Assembly: GCA_963718915.1 (NCBI GenBank)
Contig: CAVRAI010000003.1
Location: forward strand, 600,001 to 632,000
Origin: an uncultured Chloroflexia bacterium
GTDB lineage: Bacteria > Chloroflexota > Ktedonobacteria > Ktedonobacterales > JADMIN01
Direction: 5' to 3'
Length of the DNA: 32,000 bases
The notes under the pieces are model-generated. The model ran no database searches, was not told the origin of the DNA, and was given only the letters and a program-made list of their open reading frames with translations. This document shows positions 22,975 through 32,000 of this stretch, piece by piece. Made by a program: the position numbers and the translations under genes. The stretch's first letter is position 1. Each line of letters begins with the position of its first letter.

Positions 22975-23910
22975 ATGAGTACCAGCGATAACCAGAGCGA
23001 CCAGAGCGACCAGAGCGATAGCTTCAGTCTGGAAGAGTTCGATGCGCAGGCATCTGGCAGAATCCGACATATCATGTATAACGGAGAGCCGTGGTACTCC
23101 GTGATTGATGTCGTGGGAGTGCTCACCGATGCGCCCAAGCCACGCCAATATTGGTTTGACATGAAACGCAATGTTCAAAATGAAGGCTTCCGTGAACTGT
23201 CGGAAAAAATCCGACAGTTGAAAATGGAGGCGCCCGATGGGAAACAACGTCTGACCGACGCCGCCAACGAAGAAACACTTTTGCGCATCATCGAGAGCAT
23301 CCCCAGCCCCAAAGCCGAACCGTTCAAGCGCTGGTTGGCGCGTGTCGGCCACGAACGCCTGCGGGAAATGGAGAACCCCGAACTAGCCGCTGATCGCATG
23401 CGCGCGCAGTATCGTCGCCTCGGCTACAGCGATGAGTGGATCGACCGACGCTTGCAAGGCATTGTGGTGCGTGACGAGTTGACCAACGAATGGCGCGAGC
23501 GCGGCGCCAGGGAGGGCAAGGAGTTTGCGACGCTGACTGATACACTCCAGCAGGGTACGTTCGATCTCACCACCGCTGAGCACAAAGGCGTGAAGCATAT
23601 TGGGCAGCGGCAGAATCTCCGTGACTCAATGACGACGCTTGAACTCGCCTTGACGATTCTCGCCGAGGAAACCGCTAAGGAGTTGCACCAGGTGCATGAC
23701 AGCGAGGGCTTCGACGAGCTTCATCAAGACACGCAAGAGGCGGGAGATGTGGGTGGCGCTGCGCGGCGCGACATTGAGGCGCGCACCGGTCGCCCCGTCG
23801 TGAGTAGCGAAAACTACAAGGCACTCCGCCAGGGCAGACAGCGCGAACTGCAAAGCCCGCTGTTTCCATCAGGTGATGCGAACAACGGCGGAGGCGAGGG
23901 CAGCGAGTGA
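22975..23910 (+). CDS. Bro-N domain protein (prophage antirepressor / DinD-like)
   Basis: ...IRHIMYNGEPWYSVIDVVGVLTDAPKPRQYWFDMK...RIIESIPSPKAEPFKRWLARVGHERLRE...NLRDSMTTLEL... shows a Bro-N core followed by a conserved C-terminal region. The N-terminus holds an SDQ tandem repeat. Confidence 0.8.
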   Translation: MSTSDNQSDQSDQSDSFSLEEFDAQASGRIRHIMYNGEPWYSVIDVVGVLTDAPKPRQYWFDMKRNVQNEGFRELSEKIRQLKMEAPDGKQRLTDAANEETLLRIIESIPSPKAEPFKRWLARVGHERLREMENPELAADRMRAQYRRLGYSDEWIDRRLQGIVVRDELTNEWRERGAREGKEFATLTDTLQQGTFDLTTAEHKGVKHIGQRQNLRDSMTTLELALTILAEETAKELHQVHDSEGFDELHQDTQEAGDVGGAARRDIEARTGRPVVSSENYKALRQGRQRELQSPLFPSGDANNGGGEGSE

Positions 23911-23945
23911 TACCACGAATCGCCAGGCGCCAGAGCCGGACGGAG

Positions 23946-23990
23946 TAAACGTGTTGGTGTGCGCAAATGGGCGACACAACGAGGTCCAGG
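23946..23990 (+). repeat. 45-bp perfect direct repeat, right copy (att-like)
   Basis: Identical to 22398-22442. Sequence diverges immediately after, but still folds into a terminator hairpin. Confidence 0.9.
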
Positions 23991-24020
23991 GAAGGATACT
24001 CTCTGGATCTCACTTTTTCC
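23981..24020 (+). terminator. intrinsic terminator (copy 2, after the right direct repeat)
   Basis: GAGGTCCAGGGA (23981-92) pairs with TCTCTGGATCTC (24000-11): 12 bp including two G.U. Then ACTTTTTCC. Sits tail-to-tail with the ADH gene. Confidence 0.7.
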
Positions 24021-24026
24021 TACTAT

Positions 24027-25139
24027 TTACTCCCCAAACACCAGCACGCCGCGTCCTGTCGTTCCCGCCCGCAGCGCATCGAGCGCCTCGTTGACCGCGT
24101 CGAGTGGATAGCGCTGCGCCACCAGTTCATCCAGCTTGAGGCGGCCGCTGCGATAGAGGCTGAGCGCGCGTGGCACATCCACCCGCGGGATCGAGGAGCC
24201 GAAGATGCAGCCCTTGAGCGTCTTCTCGCTCAGGAAGTCGGCGCGCAGCGGCACGGTCACGTTCTGTGGCGTCAGCCCCACCGCGACGGCTGTCCCGCCG
24301 GGCGCGAGACACTCCCACGCCTGCGCGACGGTCTCTGGCCTGCCGACCACCTCGAAGCTATAGTCCACACCACCGCCGGTCATCTGGCGTATCACCTTCG
24401 CCGGATTGCTGTTCGCCGGGTCACTGGCGTCCACCGTATCGGTCGCGCCGAACTGGCGGGCCATTGCAAGCGCCGCCGGACGCATATCCACCGCAATAAT
24501 GCGCGCCGCGCCAACCAGTGCCGCTCCCTGGATGACGTTGAGGCCGACGCCGCCCGCGCCGATGACGGCGACGACGCTGCCTGGCTCCACGCGCGCCGTG
24601 CGGGTGACCGCGCCGAGGCCCGTCAGCACGCCGCAGCCAATGAGCGAGGCGACTTCCAAGGGAATATCGGCGGCTATCGGGATGACGCCTTCCTCGCGCA
24701 CGAGCACGTGTTCGGCGAACGCGCCCGCATCGAGCAGCTGGTGGATGCCCTCACCCTCGGCATCATGCAGGCGTCGCCGTATCGCGCCACTGCCGCGCTC
24801 GACGCCCTGGCGGTTGTTGCAGAGCGCCGGTCGTCCGGTGGCGCAGTAGCGACAGTGGCCGCAACTGGGAATCCAGGTGAGCACGACGTGATCGCCCGGT
24901 GCGACGCTCGTCACCTGCGGCCCAACGCGCTCGACGATCCCCGCGCCCTCGTGGCCGAGCACGACGGGTAGCGCATGCTTGAAGACCGGGCTAATCATAT
25001 GCAGGTCGGAGTGACAGACGCCACAGGCCGCCAGCCGCACAACCACCTCTCCCGGCTCCGGATCATCCAGGGTAATCTCTTCCACCGTCAGCGGTGTCTC
25101 ATAGTTGCGCAGCACCGCTGCGCGCGTCTGTATGGGCAT
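24027..25139 (-). CDS. zinc-dependent alcohol dehydrogenase family protein (class III / formaldehyde-dehydrogenase-like)
   Basis: ...VRLAACGVCHSDLH...VLGHEGAGIVERVG...CGHCRYCATGRPALC...VIGAGGVGLNVIQGA... gives catalytic and structural Zn ligands plus a Rossmann GxGxxG. Confidence 0.9.
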   Translation of the reverse strand: MPIQTRAAVLRNYETPLTVEEITLDDPEPGEVVVRLAACGVCHSDLHMISPVFKHALPVVLGHEGAGIVERVGPQVTSVAPGDHVVLTWIPSCGHCRYCATGRPALCNNRQGVERGSGAIRRRLHDAEGEGIHQLLDAGAFAEHVLVREEGVIPIAADIPLEVASLIGCGVLTGLGAVTRTARVEPGSVVAVIGAGGVGLNVIQGAALVGAARIIAVDMRPAALAMARQFGATDTVDASDPANSNPAKVIRQMTGGGVDYSFEVVGRPETVAQAWECLAPGGTAVAVGLTPQNVTVPLRADFLSEKTLKGCIFGSSIPRVDVPRALSLYRSGRLKLDELVAQRYPLDAVNEALDALRAGTTGRGVLVFGE

Positions 25140-25185
25140 ATGAGTAAGTCTCCTGTGATTGCTGCCGCATGCCGAACGCTCTATA

Positions 25186-26109
25186 TCACGTCCGATACAG
25201 CCACGGCGTATTTATCAAGTCGTCAAGTTGAGCTTCGACATCAGCGAGTTGCTGCATCGTCAAATTCAGGTCTGACAACCAATCTCGCTTGTAATAACCT
25301 GGCGCATCTCCCTCGGCAATGCCACGCTGAACCGCATCGAGGTCATAGATCTGCCGCGTGATTTTCGCACGGGCCTGCTCTAGTCCATCCAGCAGACGAT
25401 TGCGGTATCTGTCCATATCGGATTTGACCCGGTAGACAGAGGGCGAAGCCCTCTGAGAATCGTTAGTCTCTGCCTCTCCAGATCGAGCGCCATTCCCAGC
25501 GCCTTCTTTACTCTCATCAGCTAATACGGCGGCCAGAGGTTCGTGTGGCTGATAACGCCATTCTGAACTCCGGGACCATGGTTCCGCAAGCTGACGTTCC
25601 AGCCATTCCTCAAGCGTATCTGCGCCGAAGCTGAACGTGGGGCCATTCCACTCGTCACCCTCGTAGATATCATCACGGATATAAATGTGTCCCGTGAAGC
25701 CATCGAGGTAAGCACAGACATTACAACCAAGGAGGGCAAACTCTACAAAGCCCATCGGTATGTGGGGACAAGTCACATACGCTCCGGGATGCGCGCGTAA
25801 AGCCTCAACCGTTGCGTCATCTAACACCCGAGGCCCATCACCGATAGTTTCACCCAAGATGGGGTAATTTAGGTGCGTCCTGGCGAAATCATCAAAGATA
25901 GTGAAAAAGCTGTACCCTGGCCCGAAAAAGTTGCTGCCGTTGGCGACAGTCATGTACAGTTCACGCAGCATCGGTGGAAGCTTGAATCCAAGGCGCTCCT
26001 CGCAGGCCTGAATCTCTGCTTCAGTGGCGCGCGGGAACAGCAGGCCCTCACCGATGTATACCGCATGCGCCCGCATGCGCTCGCATATCGTGCTGAAACT
26101 CAGGCTCAT
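25186..26109 (-). CDS. SMI1/KNR4 (SUKH-type) family protein with a helical C-terminal extension
   Basis: ...ATEAEIQACEERLGFKLPPMLRELYMTVANGSNFFGPGY... is the characteristic SMI1_KNR4 opening. Confidence 0.75.
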   Translation of the reverse strand: MSLSFSTICERMRAHAVYIGEGLLFPRATEAEIQACEERLGFKLPPMLRELYMTVANGSNFFGPGYSFFTIFDDFARTHLNYPILGETIGDGPRVLDDATVEALRAHPGAYVTCPHIPMGFVEFALLGCNVCAYLDGFTGHIYIRDDIYEGDEWNGPTFSFGADTLEEWLERQLAEPWSRSSEWRYQPHEPLAAVLADESKEGAGNGARSGEAETNDSQRASPSVYRVKSDMDRYRNRLLDGLEQARAKITRQIYDLDAVQRGIAEGDAPGYYKRDWLSDLNLTMQQLADVEAQLDDLINTPWLYRT

Positions 26110-26137
26110 GGGGATTCGATCTCCGCTATGCCTATTC

Positions 26138-27760
26138 TTACTCGCCGCCCGTCTCGCGCAGCACCGCCATCGCCGCGTTGCGCCCGTTGACCGCGATGAC
26201 GCTGCCGCCGGGATGCGTGCAGGCGCCGCAGAGGTAGACGCCCTCCATCGGCGTGCGATAGCGCAGCCGCTGATCCCACATATACTGCGGCAGGCAGTCG
26301 CCCTGGAAGATATGGCCGCCGGTCAGCCCGACCTCGCGCTCGATATCTGGCGGGCCGAGCACATCGACCTCCACCACCGCGTCGGGGAAGTTGCTGACGT
26401 AGCGCCCGATGGAGGCGATGCCAAGCCGCTTCACCTCCTCGCGGCGCGACTCCCATGTCCCGTCGGCGAACGCATAGGGCACATACTGCGAGAAGACGCT
26501 CATCGTGTGCATGCCATCGGGCGCCACCGAGGGATCATGCACCGTCTGGAAGTAGAGTTCCGTCCAGAGTTGCTCGGGTAGCTCGCCGCGCTCCATCGCC
26601 GCGTAGCCGTCGCGCCATTGCTGCTTCGAGAGCGGCGTGTTGATCTGCCCGGCGTGGTGCGGCTCGTTCGTGCCAGGGCGGGCGGTGAAGTTGGGCAGCT
26701 CGCGCAGCAGCATATTGAACTTGACCGTGCAGCCCGTGATCGGCACGGACTCCACCTGCCGCTGCCACGCGCCATCCGCGTGCTCGCCCAGCAGCCGGAG
26801 CGTGACGCGCGGATCGGCGTTGCTGATGACGGCTGGCGCGTGTATCGTCGTGCCATCATCCAGTTGCACGCCCTCGCCGGGGAGGATCTTCGCCACGGGG
26901 ACGCCCGCCGCGACGGTCGCGCCCAGCTCGCGGGCGATATCGCAGAGGATGAACGAGACGCGGCCCATCCCACCGGTCACGTAGCCCCAGACGCCGCGCA
27001 GGCCGTCCAGCCCGCCGGATGAGTGGTGGAAGTGGATGAAGGCGGTGCCTTTATCGAACGGCGAGGCGTGCGTGCCGATGATACCCTGGCCGTAGTAGGC
27101 CAGTTGCAGCCGCTCATCTTCGAGATAGCGCTCGACATATTCAGCGATGCTCCAGTCAAAGAGCAGGCCGCGCAGCTCCTCGTCGTGGCCGATACGGTCT
27201 TCGAGTTGCTCGCGGGTCGGCGGCTCACCCAGCCAGGCGTCGTGCTCATTGGCCGGACGCACCGCGTCACGCAGCCGCGACATCACGCTCTGCATCGCCC
27301 GCCAGCCCCTGACATCGCGCGGCGAGAAGCGGCGAATCTCCTCCTCGCAGGCGGCGTCATCCTCCCAAAGCTGGATGCTGCTGCCATCGTCGAACGGGAC
27401 AAAGAGGCCGTTGGTCGCGGGTGTCCACGAGAAGCCGTGTTCGCGCATCTTCAGCTCGTCGACCACCAGCGGATGAAGCAGGCCGACGAGGTAGGCGCAG
27501 GGCGACATCCTGACGCCGCCCCAAAGCTCCTCCAGCGTGCAGGCGCCGCCGACCCGCTCGCGCGCCTCCAGCACGAGCACCCGCTTGCCCGCGCGCGCGA
27601 GGTAGGCCGCGCAGGTCAGCCCGTTGTGGCCAGCGCCGACGACGATGGCGTCCCAACGTTGCGCCGCCAGGTCACGTATCGGCGCGGGCAATCCAATCTT
27701 TCCAAGAACAGCGTCGGCGGGCGGATTCGCGGCGTCATAGGCGGCCATGGGTATCTCCAT
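26138..27760 (-). CDS. NAD(P)/FAD-dependent oxidoreductase, phytoene-desaturase-like (COG1233-type)
   Basis: ...DAIVVGAGHNGLTCAAYLARAGKRVLVLEARERVGGAC... is a dinucleotide-binding motif. 540 aa with a C-terminal ...CGACTHPGGSV.... Confidence 0.85.
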   Translation of the reverse strand: MEIPMAAYDAANPPADAVLGKIGLPAPIRDLAAQRWDAIVVGAGHNGLTCAAYLARAGKRVLVLEARERVGGACTLEELWGGVRMSPCAYLVGLLHPLVVDELKMREHGFSWTPATNGLFVPFDDGSSIQLWEDDAACEEEIRRFSPRDVRGWRAMQSVMSRLRDAVRPANEHDAWLGEPPTREQLEDRIGHDEELRGLLFDWSIAEYVERYLEDERLQLAYYGQGIIGTHASPFDKGTAFIHFHHSSGGLDGLRGVWGYVTGGMGRVSFILCDIARELGATVAAGVPVAKILPGEGVQLDDGTTIHAPAVISNADPRVTLRLLGEHADGAWQRQVESVPITGCTVKFNMLLRELPNFTARPGTNEPHHAGQINTPLSKQQWRDGYAAMERGELPEQLWTELYFQTVHDPSVAPDGMHTMSVFSQYVPYAFADGTWESRREEVKRLGIASIGRYVSNFPDAVVEVDVLGPPDIEREVGLTGGHIFQGDCLPQYMWDQRLRYRTPMEGVYLCGACTHPGGSVIAVNGRNAAMAVLRETGGE

Positions 27761-27844
27761 TGATGTATTCAGGCGATTCTCTCAAGCGCGTCCACTCGCC
27801 GCGCAGTCGAGCCTATCATAGCATGCTCACGCATACCGGGGACA

Positions 27845-27888
27845 CTCACGAGTCGCTCACGAGTCGCTCACGAGTCGCTCACGAGCTG
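27845..27888. repeat. 4 x 11-bp tandem repeat (CTCACGAGTCG; last copy degenerate)
   Basis: ctcacgagtcg x3, then ctcacgagctg. Flanked by TACCGGGG on both sides. Intergenic, about 85 nt upstream of the oxidoreductase start. Confidence 0.9.
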
Positions 27889-28038
27889 CTTACCGGGGGT
27901 CGCATGCCATGCCTGGAGGTTGATGATAGACTATGAGGCCATCATCGCGGGATGAAGTGCGCGCCGATGGAGATCACGGAGGCGATGAGCAGGCACGTCA
28001 GCAGTGGAGTGACATTGGTACAGCGATGCTGGGAAGGG

Positions 28039-28710
28039 CTATCCCAGCGCTAGCAGGCCCGTGACACCGTGCCAGAGGAAGAAAGCACCCACGAAGAGAG
28101 AGACCACGATCATGACGGGACGGTGATGCTGCTCCAGCCAGTAGGCCGCGGCGGCGAAACGCCCTGCCGACCGGATTGACATGAGAATCGATATCACGAG
28201 CAGCGATATGGTTCCCACGATAAAGATGAAAAAGGCCAGGACGCTGAGTACCGCACCCATGTGCTCCTGGCTGATGATGCCAATCGCCGCCAGCGTGAAA
28301 AGCCATGAGCGCGATGATGTGGCGACGAGCGCCGCCCCCAGACCCAGCGCCCTGAGTGGCGTGATCGCGCTGACCATCCTCGTCCACGCGGGTGGCGGGC
28401 CATCCGGATCCTCGTCCTGAATGAGCAGCTTGAGCGCCGTCACCCACATCAGCAGGCCAACAACCACTAGCAGTGTCGAGATAATGATTGTCTCGATCTC
28501 GCTTCGACGATGGCTCACATCATACGCGCCGAAAATGGCGCCGAAGATAAGCCCTTGCAAGAGCTTCACGACGACGATGCCGGAGACAAACGCGATGGCC
28601 TCGACTGGTCCGCGTCCTTTTCTGAGCAACACGAGGACAAGCAAGACCCAGGTTGGCATCATCACGCTGCCAATGACGAGGGGAATCAGTTGGACGAGCA
28701 CACTTCCCAC
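28039..28710 (-). CDS. GAP/Sap-family polytopic membrane protein
   Basis: Six or so hydrophobic segments. The opening ...LVQLIPLVIGSVMMPTWVLLVLVLLRKGRGPVEAIAFVSGIVVVKLLQG... resembles the GAP (Sap) family as I remember it. Confidence 0.55.
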   Translation of the reverse strand: MGSVLVQLIPLVIGSVMMPTWVLLVLVLLRKGRGPVEAIAFVSGIVVVKLLQGLIFGAIFGAYDVSHRRSEIETIIISTLLVVVGLLMWVTALKLLIQDEDPDGPPPAWTRMVSAITPLRALGLGAALVATSSRSWLFTLAAIGIISQEHMGAVLSVLAFFIFIVGTISLLVISILMSIRSAGRFAAAAYWLEQHHRPVMIVVSLFVGAFFLWHGVTGLLALG

Positions 28711-28910
28711 ACGGCTACCCTCCGTGCCGCCGCCATACCGCTGTCATACTGCCATCGTGTTCGCCACCCCTGGTGGCCCGCGGCTACTCCCTGTCGTATG
28801 ATCGAACGGCTGCGGCGGCGATTCGCTCAGTGTTCGGTGTCTCCGCCTCTATCGGCCCGCCCTGTCAACGTATAAAACACTCTCCTCATAGCTGAAATAG
28901 TGAAGCGCTC

Positions 28911-31262
28911 TTATTGCCGGGCCATGACCACACGCAGTTCGGCTTCATCGTCTTTGATGAGGTCGCCACTGACATCGACTGTCACGCTGTAGATTTTGCC
29001 AGTGAATGCGAACGGTGATGTGTATTCGAGCGTGACCGGTAAGCCAGGATTGGCGCCGCAGGTGAGGCCACCAGGGTTGAGGATGATTGGCATGGTGACC
29101 GGAATCTCGGCCGCTCCGACGAGCTTGTCGTCGACGTAAAGCTGGCCACGCCCTGGTGTGCCTTTGCCGTGTGGAATGTCGGGCTGACCGGTCACTTCAA
29201 ACTCGAAGCGCAACTGGTGACGGCCCTCCGGAACCGGCGCTGCCGACACTACCTCGGAGATCGCCCTGCCGACATAATTGTGGGCGTACTTGAGTAGGCC
29301 ATCCTTGAGGTAGAGAGCATAGCCGCCCATCCCCGTACCCTGGCACAGCAGCGCGCCCTCCGCGCCGCCCCTGGGAATCTCGACGTCGGCGGTGATGCTG
29401 TGCGAGCGGTTGAGGACATGAACCGCGGCGAACCATGGAACTGTCTGCGTGTCTGGGAAGTAGGTATAGTGGGTATGCGCCACTGTGATTTGCGGACGCT
29501 CGGTGGCCATCCGCAGCACGGCGCTCCCGTCAATCGGCAGCACTTTGTACTTGCCCGCCTCCACATACCAGGCGGCGATCATCCCGATGAGCCGTTCGCG
29601 GTTCTCGTCGGCAACGTTGTGGTTTTCAGCAATATCTTTAGCGACGTAGTAGAGCTCCCAGTGATGGGCATCCAGATCGGCCAGCGTCTCAGCCGAGATG
29701 GGAGCGCCGAAGGGCTTGCCTGCCTCTTTGAAGGACGGGCCCGGCCAGGGACAGACGGCGCGCCAGCCATTGTAGTCGAGCGAGCGATGGCCGAACATCT
29801 CGAAATACTGTGTGTTGTGCTTTGTGGGCGCCGTGGCGTCGCGGAAGGTGTCGGCAAAACTCACGCCCTCGATGGGAGCCTGCGTGACACCCTTGATGAC
29901 CGCTGGCGCCTCGATACCCAGCGCGTCCAGCACGGTCGGAACCATGTCAATAGCGTGGGCGTACTGCGCGCGGATCTCGCCTTTCGCCGCGATGCCCTGT
30001 GGCCAATGGACAATGAACGGGTCGCTGGTACCGCCACGATACGTCTCGCGCTTCCAGCGGCGGAACGGCGTATTGCCCGCCCAGGTCCAGCCCCAGGGGT
30101 AGTGGTTGAAGGTCTTGGGGCCACCCAACTCATCTAGCTTCGCCAGGCTCTCCGCGAGCGTCTCTTGCGCGTTGTTGAAAAACTGCAACTCATTGGTCGT
30201 GCCAGTAGGGCCGCCCTCAGCGCTGGCGCCGTTATCCGAAATGACCATGATGAGTGTGTTGTCGAACTGGCCAATGGACTTAAGGTACTCCACTACACGT
30301 CCGATGTGGAAGTCGGTATGCGCGAGGAAGCCAGCGAAGACCTCCATCATGCGCGCGTACAGCCTCTTTTGCTCCGGCGAGAGCGTATCCCACTGTGGCA
30401 CATCTGGGTCATGGCGCGAAAGCTCGGCTGTCTGCGGGATGATGCCCAGCTCTTTCTGGCGGGCAAGAACCTTCTCGCGATAGGCGTCCCAACCATCGTC
30501 GAACGCTCCCTTGTATTTGTCAGCCCATTCTTTGGGTACGTGGTGCGGCGCATGTGTGGCGCCTGGGCAGAAATGCAGGTAGAACGGCTTATTCGGGGCG
30601 ATTTGCTTGGCGTCGCCAATGAACTGGATCGCCTTGTCGGCCAGATCCTCCGTCAGGTGGTACCCTTCCTCGGGCGTCCGGGGCGGTTCGACCTGATGGT
30701 TATCGTAGACCAGATCAGGGTAATACTGGTGCGTGTCGCCACCCAGGAATCCATAGTAGCGCTCGAAGCCCCGGCCCAGCGGCCAGCGATCATAGGGACC
30801 AGCGGCGGACTCCTGCTCAGAGGGCAGGAGGTGATATTTCCCGATCAAGTAGGTGTTGTAGCCGTTCAACAGCAGCATCTCCGAGAGGAAGCCGTTCTCG
30901 AACGGTACCTGGCCATTGTATCCAGGGTAGCCGGTGGCGCCCTCGGTAATGCACGCCATGGCGTTGGAGTGGTGGTTGCGCCCGGTGATGATACACGAGC
31001 GGGTGGGCGAGCAGAGCGCCGTGGTGTGCATATTGGTGTAGCGCAGTCCATTCGCCGCCAGCGCGTCCAGATTGGGTGTCTCGATGGGGCTGCCATAACA
31101 GCCAAGCTGACCGTAGCCGGTGTCATCCAGCACGATAAACAGGACATTTGGCGCGCCTTCCCGCGCGCGGAGTGGCTCTGGCCATGCCGGGCTAGACTGA
31201 TCCGCAGTCAGTCCGATAACACCAGAGAACGCTGTTCCGGGTTTGTATTCCTTGAGTGGCAT
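28911..31262 (-). CDS. arylsulfatase (Cys-type, large AtsA-like form)
   Basis: ...NVLFIVLDDTGYGQLGCYGS...LCSPTRSCIITGRNHH... carries the sulfatase signature C-x-P-x-R...TG with Cys84. 783 aa. Confidence 0.9.
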   Translation of the reverse strand: MPLKEYKPGTAFSGVIGLTADQSSPAWPEPLRAREGAPNVLFIVLDDTGYGQLGCYGSPIETPNLDALAANGLRYTNMHTTALCSPTRSCIITGRNHHSNAMACITEGATGYPGYNGQVPFENGFLSEMLLLNGYNTYLIGKYHLLPSEQESAAGPYDRWPLGRGFERYYGFLGGDTHQYYPDLVYDNHQVEPPRTPEEGYHLTEDLADKAIQFIGDAKQIAPNKPFYLHFCPGATHAPHHVPKEWADKYKGAFDDGWDAYREKVLARQKELGIIPQTAELSRHDPDVPQWDTLSPEQKRLYARMMEVFAGFLAHTDFHIGRVVEYLKSIGQFDNTLIMVISDNGASAEGGPTGTTNELQFFNNAQETLAESLAKLDELGGPKTFNHYPWGWTWAGNTPFRRWKRETYRGGTSDPFIVHWPQGIAAKGEIRAQYAHAIDMVPTVLDALGIEAPAVIKGVTQAPIEGVSFADTFRDATAPTKHNTQYFEMFGHRSLDYNGWRAVCPWPGPSFKEAGKPFGAPISAETLADLDAHHWELYYVAKDIAENHNVADENRERLIGMIAAWYVEAGKYKVLPIDGSAVLRMATERPQITVAHTHYTYFPDTQTVPWFAAVHVLNRSHSITADVEIPRGGAEGALLCQGTGMGGYALYLKDGLLKYAHNYVGRAISEVVSAAPVPEGRHQLRFEFEVTGQPDIPHGKGTPGRGQLYVDDKLVGAAEIPVTMPIILNPGGLTCGANPGLPVTLEYTSPFAFTGKIYSVTVDVSGDLIKDDEAELRVVMARQ

Positions 31263-31420
31263 GTCGCTTTCCCCTTTCAGCGAATGATTCTGAAGCGTGT
31301 GTAGCGCAAGTAGTGCAAGTCGCGCAAGTAACCCGCTCCCAGTAAACCCCCTGCCCTCTCCAGGAGGCGCGAAGAGGGCAGGGTTGAGGGTCAGCGGCCA
31401 GGGTTGCGTAACGTCGCAGG

Positions 31421-31972
31421 CTAGCGCGCCGGATTCGCCATCATATCCACCGCCACCGTCGCCGCCAGAATAACCACGTCATTCTGACCAGGCTCGATCT
31501 CGACGCCATAGGTGTCCGCCACCCGGAACCACTTCTTCGAGACTTCGGCGACTTTGTGGCCGCCCGCCTCCATCTGATACTCGTGATCGAGGATGTTGCC
31601 CTGAATCTCGAGGTCGGGGCCGTTCCCCACCTTGACGGTCCAGCGGTCGCGGACAGGCGTGATGAGCGCTTTCTTGATTGTCGCAAGGTTTTCGCCGTTT
31701 GGCCCCTCGATCTCCATCGTATCTTTCACACGCATCATCCGTTCCTGAATCTTGCAGAGTTCCTGACCCTGTGGATCCTCGAAGATCAGGGTATTACGAA
31801 CGCGCAACGCTTTGCCATCCACCTTGAAGGCGTGCTCGCCATGATCGTTCTCGATGTTGTAGTCATCCCCGATGGAGACAAGACGCTGGCGCATCTGATA
31901 GCGTATCGCGTTGCCACCTCGTCCAAAGGTTCCGCGCTCCTCGCGGCGTTCTTCTCTGCGTCCACGAAACAT
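31421..31972 (-). CDS. LURP-one-related (DUF567, tubby C-terminal-like) family protein
   Basis: ...YQMRQRLVSIGDDYNIENDHGEHAFKVDGKALRVRNTLIFEDPQGQELCKIQERMMRVKDTMEIE...VSKKWFRVADTYGVEIEPGQNDVVILAATVAVDMM. Confidence 0.75.
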   Translation of the reverse strand: MFRGRREERREERGTFGRGGNAIRYQMRQRLVSIGDDYNIENDHGEHAFKVDGKALRVRNTLIFEDPQGQELCKIQERMMRVKDTMEIEGPNGENLATIKKALITPVRDRWTVKVGNGPDLEIQGNILDHEYQMEAGGHKVAEVSKKWFRVADTYGVEIEPGQNDVVILAATVAVDMMANPAR

Positions 31973-32000
31973 GGTGTCTTCCCCTTCCCTTGTTCTCGTA

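Larger units (their letters stand above)
22398..23990 (+). mobile_element. putative integrated, integrase-less cassette (XRE + Bro-N genes) bounded by the 45-bp direct repeats
   Basis: Direct repeats coincide with the 3' end of the RNA locus. Each is followed by its own terminator hairpin. About 1.5 kb lies between the repeats, with two genes and no recombinase. Confidence 0.4.

Noticed and set aside
27845-27888. CRISPR-like array
   Set aside because: The units are 11 bp, directly abutting with no spacers, and there are only four copies. It is a simple tandem repeat.

Overview
GC-rich bacterial chromosomal window: G/C-dominated third codon positions, with long antisense shadow ORFs over most real genes. 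I cannot assign taxonomy from sequence alone; the gene families look like a terrestrial high-GC organism (Chloroflexota- or Actinomycetota-like). Left to right: the tail of an ECF sigma factor plus its zf-HC2 anti-sigma factor; a CHAP cell-wall hydrolase whose signal peptide sits in another reading frame; a WYL regulator translationally coupled to an AlkZ/YcaQ-like DNA glycosylase. A decayed accessory stretch (about 5.6-12.9 kb) follows. It holds an intact but orphan terminase small/large pair behind a strong promoter, a HEPN-like/MNT pair, a frameshifted FGE-family gene, hicAB, and a second CHAP paralog bracketed by REP-like hairpins. Next come the core glycine-cleavage operon gcvT-gcvH-gcvPA-gcvPB (split by a hairpin-rich spacer), a solo MNT paralog, a PQQ-type beta-propeller lipoprotein, an ArsR-type regulator, a DUF4190-like membrane protein and a 243-aa hypothetical protein. 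The most unusual locus is at 22.06-24.02 kb. It is a ~370-nt non-coding, terminator-ended stretch containing a complete but circularly permuted tRNA-like module (T-arm, acceptor 3' strand and CCA lie upstream of the acceptor 5' strand and D-arm). Its last 45 nt recur perfectly 1.5 kb downstream, bracketing an integrase-less XRE + Bro-N cassette, which is the pattern expected for insertion into the 3' end of an RNA gene. The right side holds a Zn-ADH, an SMI1/KNR4 protein, an FAD oxidoreductase, a GAP-family membrane protein, a Cys-type arylsulfatase and a LURP-one-related protein. I recognised no rRNA, canonical tRNA, CRISPR array, integrase or transposase.
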